A DNA stretch of 64,000 bases from Escherichia coli (GCF_044647545.1 NZ_CP172818.1); one strand, 5' to 3'. Positions 23,646 to 36,852 are shown, numbered from the stretch's first letter. A program made the numbers and translations. The notes: generated by a model from the sequence alone, not told the origin.

Positions 23646-25503
23646 TGAACTTGATGCCGGTGATGTGCTGGCGGTTGAAAATCTGAATATTGCCTTTATG
23701 CAGGACCAGCAGAAAATAGCTGCGGTCCGCAATCTCTCTTTTAGCCTGCAACGCGGTGAGACGCTGGCAATTGTTGGCGAATCCGGCTCCGGTAAGTCAG
23801 TGACTGCGCTGGCATTGATGCGTCTGTTGGAACAGGCGGGCGGTTTAGTACAGTGCGATAAAATGCTGTTGCGGCGGCGCAGTCGCGAAGTGATTGAACT
23901 TAGCGAGCAGAGCGCTGCACAAATGCGCCATGTGCGCGGTGCGGATATGGCGATGATATTTCAGGAACCGATGACATCGCTGAACCCGGTATTTACTGTG
24001 GGTGAACAGATTGCCGAATCAATTCGTCTGCATCAGAACGCCAGTCGTGAAGAAGCGATGGTCGAGGCGAAGCGGATGCTGGATCAGGTACGCATTCCGG
24101 AGGCACAAACCATTCTTTCACGTTATCCGCATCAACTCTCTGGCGGGATGCGCCAGCGAGTGATGATTGCGATGGCGCTGTCATGCCGCCCGGCGGTGCT
24201 GATTGCCGATGAGCCAACCACCGCGCTGGATGTCACTATTCAGGCGCAGATCCTGCAATTAATCAAAGTATTGCAAAAAGAGATGTCGATGGGCGTTATC
24301 TTTATCACTCACGATATGGGCGTGGTGGCAGAGATTGCCGATCGGGTACTGGTGATGTATCAGGGCGAGGCGGTGGAAACGGGTAGCGTCGAACAGATTT
24401 TTCATGCACCGCAACATCCTTACACCCGTGCGCTGTTAGCTGCTGTTCCGCAACTTGGTGCGATGAAAGGGTTAGATTATCCCCGACGTTTCCCATTGAT
24501 ATCGCTTGAACATCCAGCGAAACAGGAACCACCCATCGAGCAGAAAACGGTGGTGGATGGCGAACCTGTTTTACGGGTGCGTAATCTGGTCACCCGTTTC
24601 CCTTTGCGCAGCGGTTTGTTGAATCGCGTAACGCGGGAAGTGCATGCCGTTGAGAAAGTCAGTTTTGATCTCTGGCCTGGCGAAACGCTATCGCTGGTGG
24701 GCGAGTCTGGCAGCGGTAAATCCACTACCGGGCGGGCGTTGCTGCGCCTGGTCGAATCGCAGGGCGGCGAAATTATCTTTAACGGTCAGCGAATCGATAC
24801 CTTGTCATCCGGTAAACTTCAGGCATTGCGCCGCGATATTCAGTTTATTTTTCAGGACCCTTACGCTTCGCTGGACCCACGTCAGACCATCGGTGATTCG
24901 ATTATCGAACCGCTGCGCGTACACGGTTTATTGCCAGGTAAAGAAGCGGCTGCACGCGTTGCGTGGTTGCTGGAGCGCGTGGGCCTGTTACCGGAACATG
25001 CCTGGCGTTACCCGCATGAGTTTTCCGGCGGTCAGCGCCAGCGCATCTGCATTGCTCGCGCGTTGGCATTGAATCCAAAAGTGATCATTGCCGACGAAGC
25101 CGTCTCGGCGCTGGATGTATCTATTCGCGGGCAGATTATCAACTTGTTGCTCGATCTCCAGCGTGATTTCGGCATTGCGTATCTGTTTATCTCCCACGAT
25201 ATGGCCGTGGTAGAGCGGATTAGTCATCGTGTGGCGGTGATGTATCTCGGACAAATTGTTGAAATTGGTCCACGGCGCGCGGTCTTTGAAAATCCGCAGC
25301 ATCCTTATACGCGTAAATTACTGGCGGCAGTTCCGGTCGCTGAACCGTCCCGACAACGACCGCAGCGTGTACTGCTGTCGGACGATCTTCCCAGCAATAT
25401 TCATCTGCGTGGTGAAGAGGTTGTAGCCGTCTCGTTGCAATGCGTCGGGCCGGGGCATTACGTCGCACAACCACAATCAGAATACGCATTCATGCGTAGA
25501 TAA
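23632..25503 (+). CDS. gsiA: Glutathione ABC importer ATP-binding protein (two fused ABC domains)
   Basis: The track ORF 23524..25503 is over-extended; the recognised GsiA N-terminus (M)PHSDELDAG follows a TTG at 23632, overlapping the iaaA 3' end; two Walker A motifs (GESGSGKS, twice). Confidence 0.9.
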   Translation: MPHSDELDAGDVLAVENLNIAFMQDQQKIAAVRNLSFSLQRGETLAIVGESGSGKSVTALALMRLLEQAGGLVQCDKMLLRRRSREVIELSEQSAAQMRHVRGADMAMIFQEPMTSLNPVFTVGEQIAESIRLHQNASREEAMVEAKRMLDQVRIPEAQTILSRYPHQLSGGMRQRVMIAMALSCRPAVLIADEPTTALDVTIQAQILQLIKVLQKEMSMGVIFITHDMGVVAEIADRVLVMYQGEAVETGSVEQIFHAPQHPYTRALLAAVPQLGAMKGLDYPRRFPLISLEHPAKQEPPIEQKTVVDGEPVLRVRNLVTRFPLRSGLLNRVTREVHAVEKVSFDLWPGETLSLVGESGSGKSTTGRALLRLVESQGGEIIFNGQRIDTLSSGKLQALRRDIQFIFQDPYASLDPRQTIGDSIIEPLRVHGLLPGKEAAARVAWLLERVGLLPEHAWRYPHEFSGGQRQRICIARALALNPKVIIADEAVSALDVSIRGQIINLLLDLQRDFGIAYLFISHDMAVVERISHRVAVMYLGQIVEIGPRRAVFENPQHPYTRKLLAAVPVAEPSRQRPQRVLLSDDLPSNIHLRGEEVVAVSLQCVGPGHYVAQPQSEYAFMRR

Positions 25504-25522
25504 CATTCAGGCGGAGAATAAA

Positions 25523-27061
25523 ATGGCAAGAGCTGTACACCGTAGTGGGTTAGTGGCGCTGGGCATTGCGACAGCGTTGATGGCATCTTGTGCATTCGCT
25601 GCCAAAGATGTGGTGGTGGCGGTAGGATCGAACTTCACCACGCTCGATCCATATGACGCGAATGACACGTTATCTCAGGCCGTAGCGAAATCGTTTTACC
25701 AGGGGCTGTTCGGTCTCGATAAAGAGATGAAACTGAAAAACGTGCTGGCGGAGAGTTATACCGTTTCCGATGACGGCCTTACTTACACCGTGAAACTGCG
25801 GGAAGGAATTAAATTCCAGGATGGAACCGACTTCAACGCAGCGGCGGTAAAAGCGAATCTGGACCGGGCCAGCGATCCGGCGAATCATCTTAAACGCTAC
25901 AACCTGTATAAGAATATTGCCAAAACGGAAGCGATCGATCCGACAACGGTAAAGATTACCCTCAAACAGCCGTTCTCAGCGTTTATTAATATTCTTGCCC
26001 ATCCGGCGACCGCGATGATTTCACCGGCAGCGCTGGAAAAATATGGCAAGGAGATTGGTTTTCATCCGGTGGGAACCGGGCCGTATGAACTGGATACCTG
26101 GAATCAGACCGATTTTGTGAAGGTGAAAAAATTCGCGGGTTACTGGCAGCCAGGATTGCCCAAACTGGACAGCATAACCTGGCGTCCGGTGGCGGATAAC
26201 AACACCCGCGCGGCCATGCTGCAAACCGGTGAAGCGCAGTTTGCTTTCCCCATTCCCTACGAGCAGGCCGCACTGCTGGAGAAAAACAAAAATATCGAGT
26301 TGATGGCCAGTCCGTCAATTATGCAGCGTTATATCAGTATGAACGTGACGCAAAAGCCGTTCGATAACCCGAAGGTCCGTGAGGCGCTGAATTACGCCAT
26401 TAACCGCCCGGCGCTGGTGAAAGTGGCCTTCGCGGGTTATGCAACGCCAGCTACTGGTGTGGTACCGCCGAGTATCGCCTACGCGCAAAGTTATAAACCG
26501 TGGCCTTACGATCCGGCGAAAGCGCGCGAATTACTGAAAGAGGCGGGATATCCCAACGGTTTCAGTACCACGCTGTGGTCGTCACATAACCACAGCACTG
26601 CGCAGAAAGTGCTGCAATTTACCCAGCAGCAGTTAGCGCAGGTCGGGATTAAAGCCCAGGTGACTGCGATGGATGCCGGACAGCGGGCGGCAGAAGTTGA
26701 AGGTAAAGGGCAAAAAGAGAGCGGCGTGCGGATGTTCTACACTGGCTGGTCGGCTTCAACCGGCGAAGCAGACTGGGCTCTATCGCCGCTGTTTGCCTCG
26801 CAGAACTGGCCACCGACGCTGTTTAATACCGCGTTTTACAGCAATAAACAGGTGGATGACTTCCTGGCTCAGGCATTGAAAACTAATGATCCGGCGGAAA
26901 AGACCCGTTTATATAAGGCGGCGCAGGATATCATCTGGCAAGAGTCGCCGTGGATCCCGCTGGTGGTAGAAAAACTGGTGTCGGCACACAGTAAAAACCT
27001 GACCGGTTTTTGGATCATGCCAGACACCGGCTTCAGCTTTGAAGACGCGGATTTGCAATAA
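25523..27061 (+). CDS. gsiB: Glutathione ABC importer periplasmic binding protein
   Basis: 512-aa ORF with signal peptide; family 5 solute-binding protein; matches GsiB. Confidence 0.95.
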   Translation: MARAVHRSGLVALGIATALMASCAFAAKDVVVAVGSNFTTLDPYDANDTLSQAVAKSFYQGLFGLDKEMKLKNVLAESYTVSDDGLTYTVKLREGIKFQDGTDFNAAAVKANLDRASDPANHLKRYNLYKNIAKTEAIDPTTVKITLKQPFSAFINILAHPATAMISPAALEKYGKEIGFHPVGTGPYELDTWNQTDFVKVKKFAGYWQPGLPKLDSITWRPVADNNTRAAMLQTGEAQFAFPIPYEQAALLEKNKNIELMASPSIMQRYISMNVTQKPFDNPKVREALNYAINRPALVKVAFAGYATPATGVVPPSIAYAQSYKPWPYDPAKARELLKEAGYPNGFSTTLWSSHNHSTAQKVLQFTQQQLAQVGIKAQVTAMDAGQRAAEVEGKGQKESGVRMFYTGWSASTGEADWALSPLFASQNWPPTLFNTAFYSNKQVDDFLAQALKTNDPAEKTRLYKAAQDIIWQESPWIPLVVEKLVSAHSKNLTGFWIMPDTGFSFEDADLQ

Positions 27062-27078
27062 GCAACGCAGGGAGTGGA

Positions 27079-27999
27079 ATGCTTAATTACGTTATCAAAC
27101 GCTTGCTGGGGTTGATTCCGACGCTGTTTATCGTCTCGGTGCTGGTGTTTTTATTTGTCCATATGCTGCCCGGCGATCCGGCGCGATTGATTGCCGGGCC
27201 CGAAGCTGATGCGCAGGTTATAGAACTGGTGCGTCAGCAGCTGGGGTTGGATCAGCCGCTGTATCACCAGTTCTGGCACTATATCAGCAATGCTGTGCAG
27301 GGGGATTTTGGCCTGGCGATGGTGTCGCGTCGTCCGGTTGGCGATGAGATTGCCAGCCGCTTTATGCCAACGCTGTGGCTGACCATAACCAGTATGGTCT
27401 GGGCGGTGATATTTGGTATGGCGGCGGGAATTATCGCCGCCGTCTGGCGTAATCGTTGGCCGGATCGATTGAGTATGACCATTGCGGTGTCGGGGATCTC
27501 GTTTCCGGCATTTGCTCTGGGGATGCTTTTAATTCAGGTATTCTCCGTTGAACTGGGCTGGCTGCCTACCGTGGGAGCAGACAGTTGGCAGCACTACATT
27601 TTACCCACCCTGACGCTCGGCGCGGCAGTGGCAGCCGTGATGGCGCGCTTTACCCGCGCGTCGTTTGTCGACGTTTTAAGCGAAGATTATATGCGTACCG
27701 CGAGGGCGAAAGGGGTGAGCGAAACCTGGGTTGTCCTCAAGCACGGGCTACGCAACGCGATGATCCCGGTAGTGACCATGATGGGCTTACAGTTTGGCTT
27801 TTTGCTCGGTGGTTCCATCGTGGTGGAGAAAGTTTTCAACTGGCCCGGACTTGGACGCTTACTCGTTGACTCCGTAGAAATGCGCGATTACCCGGTGATT
27901 CAGGCGGAAATTCTGCTTTTCTCGCTGGAATTTATTCTTATCAACTTAGTGGTGGATGTGCTTTACGCCGCCATTAACCCGGCTATCAGGTACAAGTAA
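27079..27999 (+). CDS. gsiC: Glutathione ABC importer permease
   Basis: 306-aa DppB-like permease ORF; operon position. Confidence 0.95.
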   Translation: MLNYVIKRLLGLIPTLFIVSVLVFLFVHMLPGDPARLIAGPEADAQVIELVRQQLGLDQPLYHQFWHYISNAVQGDFGLAMVSRRPVGDEIASRFMPTLWLTITSMVWAVIFGMAAGIIAAVWRNRWPDRLSMTIAVSGISFPAFALGMLLIQVFSVELGWLPTVGADSWQHYILPTLTLGAAVAAVMARFTRASFVDVLSEDYMRTARAKGVSETWVVLKHGLRNAMIPVVTMMGLQFGFLLGGSIVVEKVFNWPGLGRLLVDSVEMRDYPVIQAEILLFSLEFILINLVVDVLYAAINPAIRYK

Positions 28000-28001
28000 G
28001 G

Positions 28002-28913
28002 ATGCGACTATTTAACTGGCGACGTCAGGCGGTGTTAAACGCCATGCCACTGGTCAAACCTGACCAGGTACGTACACCGTGGCATGAATTCTGGCGACGA
28101 TTTCGCCGTCAGCATATGGCGATGACCGCCGCATTGTTCGTTATTTTATTGATTGTGGTGGCCATTTTTGCACGCTGGATTGCTCCCTATGACGCCGAAA
28201 ATTATTTTGATTATGACAATCTGAATAACGGACCTTCTTTGCAGCACTGGTTTGGCGTCGATTCACTGGGGCGTGACATTTTCAGCCGTGTCCTGGTTGG
28301 TGCGCAAATCTCGCTGGCGGCGGGCGTGTTTGCCGTGTTTATCGGTGCGGCGATCGGGACGTTGCTGGGCTTGCTGGCTGGATATTATGAAGGCTGGTGG
28401 GATCGGCTGATCATGCGCATTTGCGATGTGCTGTTTGCCTTCCCGGGTATTTTACTGGCGATCGCTGTTGTTGCGGTGTTGGGAAGCGGCATTGCTAACG
28501 TGATTATCGCAGTCGCCATTTTTTCCATCCCCGCGTTTGCCCGACTGGTGCGCGGCAACACGCTGGTGTTGAAACAGCAAACCTTTATTGAGTCAGCACG
28601 CAGTATTGGTGCCAGCGATATGACCATTTTATTGCGTCATATCCTGCCTGGGACCGTCTCTTCTATCGTGGTGTTTTTCACCATGCGCATTGGTACCTCG
28701 ATTATCTCTGCCGCCAGCCTGTCATTTCTCGGCCTCGGTGCGCAGCCGCCGACACCAGAGTGGGGAGCAATGCTCAATGAGGCACGAGCGGATATGGTTA
28801 TCGCGCCGCATGTCGCTGTTTTTCCGGCCCTGGCTATTTTTCTGACCGTACTGGCGTTCAATTTGTTGGGCGATGGTTTACGCGATGCGCTGGATCCGAA
28901 AATTAAAGGATAG
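28002..28913 (+). CDS. gsiD: Glutathione ABC importer permease
   Basis: 303-aa DppC-like permease ORF; operon position. Confidence 0.95.
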   Translation: MRLFNWRRQAVLNAMPLVKPDQVRTPWHEFWRRFRRQHMAMTAALFVILLIVVAIFARWIAPYDAENYFDYDNLNNGPSLQHWFGVDSLGRDIFSRVLVGAQISLAAGVFAVFIGAAIGTLLGLLAGYYEGWWDRLIMRICDVLFAFPGILLAIAVVAVLGSGIANVIIAVAIFSIPAFARLVRGNTLVLKQQTFIESARSIGASDMTILLRHILPGTVSSIVVFFTMRIGTSIISAASLSFLGLGAQPPTPEWGAMLNEARADMVIAPHVAVFPALAIFLTVLAFNLLGDGLRDALDPKIKG

Positions 28914-29089
28914 TTACGTTTGAATATTGCTTGAAAGGGTAATCACCTCACAGGAAATTATTGCCCTAAGCAAGTGTTGTAACTTTCTGCTGATTTTGTA
29001 GAATCGGGTAATTTGGTTAAAAAGCCGCAGCAAGGGACTATTTTGCAGCGGCACAGCGTTCAGACAGTTATTTTGTTAAATGTATTAAC

Positions 29090-31438
29090 ATGCTGAGTTT
29101 ATACGAAAAGATAAAGATAAGGCTGATAATTTTATTTTTATTGGCAGCACTGTCATTTATTGGTCTTTTTTTCATCATTAACTATCAACTGGTATCGGAA
29201 CGCGCGGTAAAACGTGCCGATAGCCGCTTTGAACTTATTCAGAAAAACGTTGGCTATTTCTTTAAAGATATTGAACGTTCGGCCCTGACATTAAAGGACT
29301 CACTGTATTTATTAAAAAATACAGAGGAGATTCAACGCGCCGTAATTCTGAAAATGGAAATGATGCCATTTTTAGACTCGGTGGGACTGGTACTTGATGA
29401 TAATAAATATTATCTCTTTTCGCGGAGGGCGAATGATAAAATCGTTGTTTATCATCAGGAACAAGTAAATGGACCGCTTGTCGACGAGTCAGGGCGGGTT
29501 ATTTTTGCCGATTTTAACCCATCGAAACGACCGTGGTCGGTGGCTTCAGATGACTCTAACAACAGCTGGAATCCGGCATACAATTGCTTTGATCGTCCGG
29601 GTAAAAAATGTATCTCTTTTACGCTACACATCAACGGCAAAGATCACGATTTGTTAGCGGTGGATAAAATTCATGTCGATTTAAACTGGCGATATCTGAA
29701 CGAGTATCTTGATCAAATCAGCGCTAATGATGAAGTTCTATTTTTAAAGCAAGGTCATGAGATCATTGCTAAGAATCAACTCGCTCGTGAAAAATTGATT
29801 ATTTATAATAGCGAAGGTAATTATAATATTATTGATTCTGTCGATACGGAATATATTGAAAAAACATCAGCGGTGCCAAACAACGCATTATTCGAAATCT
29901 ATTTTTATTATCCTGGTGGTAATTTATTGAACGCATCAGATAAACTTTTTTATCTGCCGTTTGCTTTCATTATTATCGTATTGCTGGTGGTTTATTTAAT
30001 GACCACTCGAGTTTTCCGTCGGCAATTTTCTGAAATGACCGAACTGGTTAATACGCTGGCGTTTTTGCCTGACTCTACGGATCAAATCGAGGCCCTGAAG
30101 ATTCGTGAAGGCGATGCGAAAGAGATTATCAGTATCAAAAATTCGATCGCGGAAATGAAAGATGCTGAAATTGAACGGGCAAATAAATTGCTCTCGCTGA
30201 TCTCTTACGATCAGGAAAGCGGTTTTATTAAAAATATGGCGATTATTGAGTCCAACAATAATCAGTATCTGGCTGTGGGGATCATCAAACTGTGTGGTCT
30301 GGAAGCTGTGGAAGCGGTGTTTGGTGTTGATGAACGCAATAAAATCGTCAGGAAATTGTGTCAGCGAATTGCCGAGAAATATGCGCAATGCTGCGATATC
30401 GTGACATTTAATGCCGATCTCTATTTACTCCTGTGCCGGGAAAATGTACAGACGTTTACCCGTAAGATAGCGACGGTAAACGATTTTGACAGCAGTTTTG
30501 GCTACCGCAATCTGCGCATCCATAAGTCTGCTATTTGTGAACCTTTGCAGGGGGAAAACGCCTGGAGTTACGCAGAAAAGCTGAAACTGGCGATTTCCAG
30601 TATCCGCAACCATATGTTCTCAGAGTTTATTTTCTGTGATGATGCGAAACTCAACGAAATAGAAGAGAATATCTGGATTGCGCGTAATATTCGCCATGCA
30701 ATGGAAATTGGCGAACTATTCCTCGTCTATCAACCGATCGTTGATATTAACACCCGCGCCATTCTGGGCGCGGAGGCGTTGTGCCGTTGGGTGTCTGCGG
30801 AGCGGGGGATCATTTCACCGCTAAAGTTCATTACCATTGCTGAAGATATCGGGTTTATCAATGAGCTGGGTTATCAGATTATTAAAACCGCGATGGGTGA
30901 ATTCAGACATTTTAGTCAGCGTGCGGTCCTGAAGGACGGTTTCTTACTGCATATTAATGTTTCGCCCTGGCAGTTAAACGAACCACACTTTCATGAGCGT
31001 TTTACCACCATCATGGAAGAAAATGGCCTGAAGGCGAACAGCCTCTGTGTTGAGATCACTGAAACCGTGATTGAGCGAATTAATGAACATTTTTATCTCA
31101 ATATTGAACAACTGCGTAAACAAGGGGTACGGATATCGATTGATGACTTTGGCACCGGTTTGTCAAACCTGAAACGTTTTTATGAAATTAATCCAGATAG
31201 CATAAAAGTGGACTCACAATTTACCGGCGATATTTTCGGTACTGCGGGAAAAATTGTGCGCATTATTTTCGATCTGGCACGCTATAACCGGATCCCGGTG
31301 ATTGCGGAAGGCGTAGAGAGCGAAGACGTTGCGCGCGAATTAATCAAATTAGGATGTGTTCAGGCTCAGGGGTATCTGTACCAGAAACCCATGCCGTTCT
31401 CCGCCTGGGATAAAAGTGGAAAATTAGTAAAAGAGTAG
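29090..31438 (+). CDS. pdeI: Membrane-anchored c-di-GMP phosphodiesterase (EAL domain) with large periplasmic N-terminal region
   Basis: 782-aa ORF with an N-terminal TM segment and a C-terminal EAL domain (…[10 protein letters not shown]…, …[10 protein letters not shown]…); matches YliE/PdeI; locally AT-rich. Confidence 0.9.
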   Translation: MLSLYEKIKIRLIILFLLAALSFIGLFFIINYQLVSERAVKRADSRFELIQKNVGYFFKDIERSALTLKDSLYLLKNTEEIQRAVILKMEMMPFLDSVGLVLDDNKYYLFSRRANDKIVVYHQEQVNGPLVDESGRVIFADFNPSKRPWSVASDDSNNSWNPAYNCFDRPGKKCISFTLHINGKDHDLLAVDKIHVDLNWRYLNEYLDQISANDEVLFLKQGHEIIAKNQLAREKLIIYNSEGNYNIIDSVDTEYIEKTSAVPNNALFEIYFYYPGGNLLNASDKLFYLPFAFIIIVLLVVYLMTTRVFRRQFSEMTELVNTLAFLPDSTDQIEALKIREGDAKEIISIKNSIAEMKDAEIERANKLLSLISYDQESGFIKNMAIIESNNNQYLAVGIIKLCGLEAVEAVFGVDERNKIVRKLCQRIAEKYAQCCDIVTFNADLYLLLCRENVQTFTRKIATVNDFDSSFGYRNLRIHKSAICEPLQGENAWSYAEKLKLAISSIRNHMFSEFIFCDDAKLNEIEENIWIARNIRHAMEIGELFLVYQPIVDINTRAILGAEALCRWVSAERGIISPLKFITIAEDIGFINELGYQIIKTAMGEFRHFSQRAVLKDGFLLHINVSPWQLNEPHFHERFTTIMEENGLKANSLCVEITETVIERINEHFYLNIEQLRKQGVRISIDDFGTGLSNLKRFYEINPDSIKVDSQFTGDIFGTAGKIVRIIFDLARYNRIPVIAEGVESEDVARELIKLGCVQAQGYLYQKPMPFSAWDKSGKLVKE

Positions 31439-31445
31439 TTTACGT

Positions 31446-32774
31446 ATGTCCAGAATCAATAAGTTCGTACTTACAGTCAGTCTGCTGATTTTTATCATGA
31501 TTTCAGCAGTTGCCTGCGGGATCTACACTCAAATGGTAAAGGAACGGGTGTATGGCCTGAAACAGTCCGTTATTGATACTGCTTTTGCGGTGGCAAATAT
31601 TGCTGAATATCGGCGTAGTGTGGCAATTGATCTGATCAACACGCTAAATCCTACGGAGGAACAGCTGTTGGTTGGCTTACGCACAGCTTACGCCGACTCG
31701 CTTTCACCCTCTTATTTGTACGATGTCGGTCCTTATCTGATTTCCAGTGACGAATGTATTCAGGTAAAGGAGTTCGAGAAAAATTATTGTGCAGATATTA
31801 TGCAGGTTGTGAAGTATCGACATGTCAAAAATACAGGGTTTATCTCTTTTGATGGTAAAACCTTCGTCTATTACCTCTATCCGGTAACTCACAATCGTAG
31901 TCTGATATTTTTGCTTGGTCTGGAACGTTTTTCTTTACTGTCAAAATCGCTGGCGATGGATAGCGAGAACCTGATGTTCTCCCTGTTTAAGAACGGTAAA
32001 CCGGTGACCGGTGATGAATATAACGCTAAAAACGCCATCTTCACCGTTTCGGAAGCAATGGAGCACTTCTCCTATTTGCCGACCGGATTGTACGTATTTG
32101 CGTATAAAAAAGACGTTTATTTTCAGGTATGTACATTGATTATTTTCTTTGCCGCATTGGTGGCAGTGATATCGGGTGCCAGTTGCCTCTATCTGGTACG
32201 CAGAGTGATTAATCGTGGTATTGTGGAGAAAGAAGCCATTATTAATAACCATTTTGAACGCGTCCTGGATGGCGGGCTTTTCTTTTCGGCTGCCGATGTC
32301 AAAAAACTCTACAGTATGTATAACTCGGCATTCCTGGACGATCTGACCAAAGCAATGGGCAGAAAATCCTTTGATGAAGATTTAAAAGCCCTGCCGGAAA
32401 AAGGCGGCTATTTGTGCCTGTTTGACGTCGATAAATTCAAAAACATTAACGACACCTTCGGTCATTTGCTGGGCGATGAAGTGTTGATGAAAGTGGTGAA
32501 AATCCTTAAATCACAGATCCCGGTAGATAAAGGTAAAGTCTACCGCTTCGGCGGTGACGAATTTGCGGTGATTTATACTGGCGGCACGCTGGAAGAGTTG
32601 CTATCGATTCTAAAAGAAATCGTTCATTTCCAGGTGGGAAGCATTAATTTAAGTACCAGTATCGGTGTAGCGCATTCAAATGAATGTCCTACCGTCGAAC
32701 GCTTGAAAATGCTGGCGGATGAGCGGCTGTATAAGAGTAAGAAAAACGGCAGGGCACAGATTAGCTGGCAGTAA
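31446..32774 (+). CDS. dgcI: Membrane-anchored diguanylate cyclase (GGDEF domain)
   Basis: 442-aa ORF with a GGDEF active-site motif ([12 protein letters not shown]); matches YliF/DgcI. Confidence 0.9.
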   Translation: MSRINKFVLTVSLLIFIMISAVACGIYTQMVKERVYGLKQSVIDTAFAVANIAEYRRSVAIDLINTLNPTEEQLLVGLRTAYADSLSPSYLYDVGPYLISSDECIQVKEFEKNYCADIMQVVKYRHVKNTGFISFDGKTFVYYLYPVTHNRSLIFLLGLERFSLLSKSLAMDSENLMFSLFKNGKPVTGDEYNAKNAIFTVSEAMEHFSYLPTGLYVFAYKKDVYFQVCTLIIFFAALVAVISGASCLYLVRRVINRGIVEKEAIINNHFERVLDGGLFFSAADVKKLYSMYNSAFLDDLTKAMGRKSFDEDLKALPEKGGYLCLFDVDKFKNINDTFGHLLGDEVLMKVVKILKSQIPVDKGKVYRFGGDEFAVIYTGGTLEELLSILKEIVHFQVGSINLSTSIGVAHSNECPTVERLKMLADERLYKSKKNGRAQISWQ

Positions 32775-32779
32775 TTAGA

Positions 32780-33700
32780 ATATTATACCCCTTAATCAAG
32801 GGTACTAATGAATTGGTAAATCATTTCAAACATTTTACTTTGCAAAAACTTCCGGCCCTTTTATTCCAATGTATTCAAAAAACGCAATGCCGGCCCCTTC
32901 TTTTTTTTTCTTTTCCTCCCCTTTTCTAAAACTTTTTTTTTTAAATTCCCTTTTGTTCCAAAACCGGGTGGATGCCCCGTCCGGCGGGCCTTTTTCTCTT
33001 CTCCCCCCTTTGTTTTTGTTTTGCTTATGGGCCGCACTCTCGGGTTTGTGACTTAAGGGGAAGGACAAACTTCCAAACAACAAACAGACCCACATTTCTT
33101 TCCTTTCTTTTCAATTTAATTTTTTTTTTTTTCTCCCAAAAAAAAAACAAATTCAAAAAAAATCTTTTTTTATTGCTAAAGGCCAGAAATGCATTTGCCA
33201 TTTTTTTGTAGGCCGCCAGTTCATCATCTTCGATTTCTTTGGTTCCTTTACTACTTAGACCACTCTTGGACCAACCATCATAAAAAAACACATGATTTGC
33301 TGATTTAAAAAAAATAATTTTTTTGCCTCCCCCTCTTTCTTTTTGAGGGGGAAATTTTTTTTAAGAACACCCCAACCTAAATCACCCTCCCATATGCCCT
33401 CCATCACTTCTCCAGCGCAAGCCATAAAAATTTTATATTAAAAACCAAGTTTTTTTTGTTTTGCGGAATCTTTCCCTTATACACACCCATACACCCATCT
33501 TTTGTTATTGTTTATATTATAAAAATTATTCTTTTTTAAAAAAAATTGAAAAAAAAAATTTATTTTGGAAAAAAAAAGGAGGGTTGCCCGAAGGTTTTTT
33601 TTTTTTTGATTTATGGGGGGGATTTTTGGGAAGGAAAGGAAAGGGGGGAGGGAAGGAGAGGAAGAAAAAAAAAAAATTAATTTAGATTTCTGCCTTAAGA
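32780..33700. other. Low-complexity, homopolymer-rich non-coding tract between convergent dgcI and rimO; origin unclear (possible assembly artefact or foreign/synthetic insert)
   Basis: Runs of at least 10 T, at least 10 A and 7 G, plus GA-rich and CT-rich blocks (e.g. ggaaggaaaggaaaggggggagggaaggagagg); only short Lys/Phe/Gly-rich ORFs; unlike the surrounding E. coli sequence. Confidence 0.6.
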
Positions 33701-33704
33701 TTAA

Positions 33705-35030
33705 TTAAACCCGGCTACCCCACAAATCGTACTCATCGGCGTGCTCGACTTTCACACGCAGGATATCACCCGGCTTAACGTTGGTTTCACCATTGAGATA
33801 AACCGCGCCGTCGATTTCCGGTGCATCTGCCATGCTGCGACCAATCGCACCTTCTTCGTCCACTTCGTCGATAATCACCAGAATTTCACGGCCCACTTTC
33901 TCTTGCAGGCGCTCGGCGGAAATCTGCTGCTGCAACTGCATGAAACGGTTCCAGCGTTCTTCTTTCACTTCTTCCGGAACCTGGTCAGGCAGGGCATTGG
34001 CGTCTGCACCTTCAACCGGGCTGTATTTAAAGCAGCCAACGCGATCCAGACGTGCTTCTTTCAGGAAGTCGAGTAGCATCTGGAAATCTTCTTCCGTCTC
34101 GCCAGGGAAACCGACAATAAAGGTTGAGCGTAGGGTCAGTTCCGGGCAGATTTCGCGCCACTGTTTGATGCGCGCCAGTTGGCGATCTACAGAACCCGGA
34201 CGCTTCATCAGTTTGAGAATGCGCGGGCTGGCGTGCTGCAACGGAATGTCCAGATACGGCAGGATTTTGCCTTCTGCCATCAGTGGGATGACGTCGTCCA
34301 CATGCGGATAAGGGTAAACGTAGTGCAGACGTGTCCAGATCCCCAGTTTCGATAACTGTTCGCACAGGCTGACCATGCTGGTTTTTACCGGCTCGCCGTT
34401 GTGGAAGCCAGTACGATGTTTAACATCAACGCCATAGGCGGAAGTATCCTGCGAGATCACCAGAATCTCTTTAACGCCCGCATCAACCAGACGTTTCGCT
34501 TCACTTAACACTTCGCCAATAGGACGGCTCACCAGGTCGCCGCGCATAGACGGAATAATGCAGAAGGTGCAGCGGTGATTACAGCCTTCAGAAATTTTCA
34601 GATAGGCATAATGACGCGGCGTCAGTTTCACGCCTTGTTCTGGCACCAGGCTCAGGAATGGGTTGTGTTTCGGTTTTGGCACGTAGTGATGAACGTGCTC
34701 CAGAACCTGCTCATAGCTATGAGGCCCGGTGATTTCCAGCACTTTCGGGTGGACTTCGCGGATCTGATCTTCTTTTGCCCCCAGACAACCGGTCACAATT
34801 ACCTTGCCGTTTTCATTCAACGCTTCACCAATGGCTTCCAGTGATTCTTGTACCGCGCTGTCAATAAAGCCGCAGGTGTTGACGATCACCATGTCCGCAT
34901 CGTCATAGCTCGGTACCACGTCATAACCTTCAGTGCGTAGTTCGGTGAGAATACGCTCTGAATCGACAAGGTTTTTCGGACAGCCAAGGGAAACAAAGCC
35001 GATTTTCGGCTGGGGAGTTACTTTGCTCAT
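33705..35030 (-). CDS. rimO: Ribosomal protein uS12 methylthiotransferase (radical SAM, MiaB family)
   Basis: 441-aa ORF with an N-terminal MTTase Cys triad and a radical SAM CxxxCxxC (CNHRCTFC); matches RimO (YliG). Confidence 0.95.
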
Positions 35031-35242
35031 AGCTTAAAAAATATTCAGTTACAGGAAAGGTCAGGGCAGGGATTCTACAGAGTTCTGGATAAAATTTGTA
35101 TCGCAATCTCATACGCTGGCGGAGGCGAAGGAAATGTAAATTTTGTTAATTCGGCGTGAAGAATTGATCCTGGACAGCATTTTGCTCAAAAAATAGCCAT
35201 ACTATTTAATTGCAACAAGGCTGGAAAGAGGAGGATCGAAGT

Positions 35243-35626
35243 ATGTTCGTTGACAGACAGCGAATCGATCTGCTGAACCGGTTGATCGACGCACGCGTTG
35301 ACCTCGCCGCATACGTGCAACTGAGGAAGGCAAAAGGATACATGTCCGTCAGCGAAAGCAATCATCTACGAGATAACTTTTTTAAACTGAATCGCGAACT
35401 GCACGATAAATCGCTGCGGTTGAATCTTCATCTGGATCAGGAAGAGTGGAGTGCTCTTCATCATGCTGAAGAAGCATTAGCGACAGCCGCAGTATGTTTG
35501 ATGAGTGGGCACCATGATTGCCCGACTGTTATTACCGTCAACGCCGATAAGCTTGAAAATTGTCTGATGAGCTTAACGCTGAGTATCCAGAGCCTGCAGA
35601 AGCACGCCATGCTTGAGAAGGCCTGA
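35243..35626 (+). CDS. bssR: Biofilm regulator BssR
   Basis: ORF 35210..35626; the recognised BssR sequence begins MFVDRQRIDLLNRLIDARVDLAAYVQL at 35243 (127 aa). Confidence 0.9.
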   Translation: MFVDRQRIDLLNRLIDARVDLAAYVQLRKAKGYMSVSESNHLRDNFFKLNRELHDKSLRLNLHLDQEEWSALHHAEEALATAAVCLMSGHHDCPTVITVNADKLENCLMSLTLSIQSLQKHAMLEKA

Positions 35627-35629
35627 AAA

Positions 35630-35672
35630 CTAAGGGGGAGAAAGCGTCTCCCCCTTCATGTTTAAGTTTTTG
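35630..35672 (+). terminator. Rho-independent terminator after bssR
   Basis: aagggggagaaagcgtctcccccttcatgtttaagttttt: G/C stem followed by a T-rich tail. Confidence 0.65.
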
Positions 35673-35736
35673 TAAAAATGAATTTGTTCTCTCCTCCACT
35701 GACTACGCTTTAAGCCAGAGTCAATCCGGAGGCGTT

Positions 35737-36852
35737 ATGCATCGACAATTCTTTTTCCTTGTGCCCCTTATTTGTCTTTCTTCCGCTCTCTGGGCGGCTC
35801 CTGCAACGGTAAATGTCGAAGTACTGCAAGACAAACTCGACCATCCCTGGGCGCTGGCCTTTTTACCCGACAATCACGGTATGTTAATCACTCTGCGCGG
35901 CGGCGAGTTGCGTCACTGGCAAGCAGGAAAAGGATTATCTGCGCCGCTTTCCGGAGTGCCGGACGTTTGGGCGCACGGGCAGGGCGGCCTGCTGGACGTG
36001 GTTTTAGCGCCTGATTTTGCTCAGTCTCGCCGCATCTGGTTAAGTTATTCCGAAGTAGGCGATGATGGCAAAGCCGGAACTGCTGTGGGTTATGGCCGCT
36101 TAAGTGATGATCTCTCAAAAGTGACCGACTTCCGCACCGTCTTTCGTCAGATGCCAAAACTGTCTACCGGCAACCATTTTGGCGGGCGGATGGTATTCGA
36201 CGGTAAAGGTTATCTTTTGATTGCTCTGGGCGAAAACAATCAGCGCCCGACGGCGCAGGATCTGGATAAATTACAGGGCAAACTGGTGCGTCTGACCGAC
36301 CAGGGCGAAATCCCGGATGATAATCCTTTTATAAAGGAATCCGGTGCACGCGCCGAGATCTGGTCTTATGGCATTCGTAATCCACAAGGAATGGCGATGA
36401 ATCCGTGGAGTAAAGCACTATGGCTGAATGAACATGGCCCGCGCGGTGGTGATGAAATTAATATCCCGCAAAAAGGCAAAAACTACGGCTGGCCGCTGGC
36501 AACCTGGGGAATCAACTATTCGGGCTTTAAGATACCGGAAGCGAAAGGGAAGATCGTCGCCGGGACCGAGCAACCTGTTTTTTACTGGAAAGATTCGCCC
36601 GCCGTGAGCGGCATGGCCTTCTATAACAGCGATAAATTCCCCCAGTGGCAGCAAAAATTATTTATTGGCGCGCTGAAAGATAAAGATGTCATTGTGATGA
36701 GCGTCAACGGCGACAAAGTGACAGAAGATGGCCGTATTTTAACGGACAGAGGGCAGCGAATTCGTGATGTTCGCACTGGACCCGACGGTTATTTATACGT
36801 TCTCACCGACGAGTCCAGTGGGGAATTACTTAAAGTTAGCCCACGCAATTAG
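35737..36852 (+). CDS. yliI: Soluble aldose sugar dehydrogenase (PQQ-dependent, beta-propeller)
   Basis: 371-aa ORF with signal peptide; matches YliI. Confidence 0.9.

Noticed and set aside
32835-33685. Short ORFs (60-88 aa) inside the low-complexity tract, encoding Lys/Phe/Gly-rich peptides
   Set aside because: A product of homopolymer runs (poly-A gives Lys, poly-T gives Phe, poly-G gives Gly); no RBS or domain signal; not credible genes.
35030-35243. Track ORF 34930..35112 (60 aa, - strand) in the rimO-bssR intergenic region
   Set aside because: Overlaps the rimO 5' end and promoter region, with no conservation signal; likely spurious.
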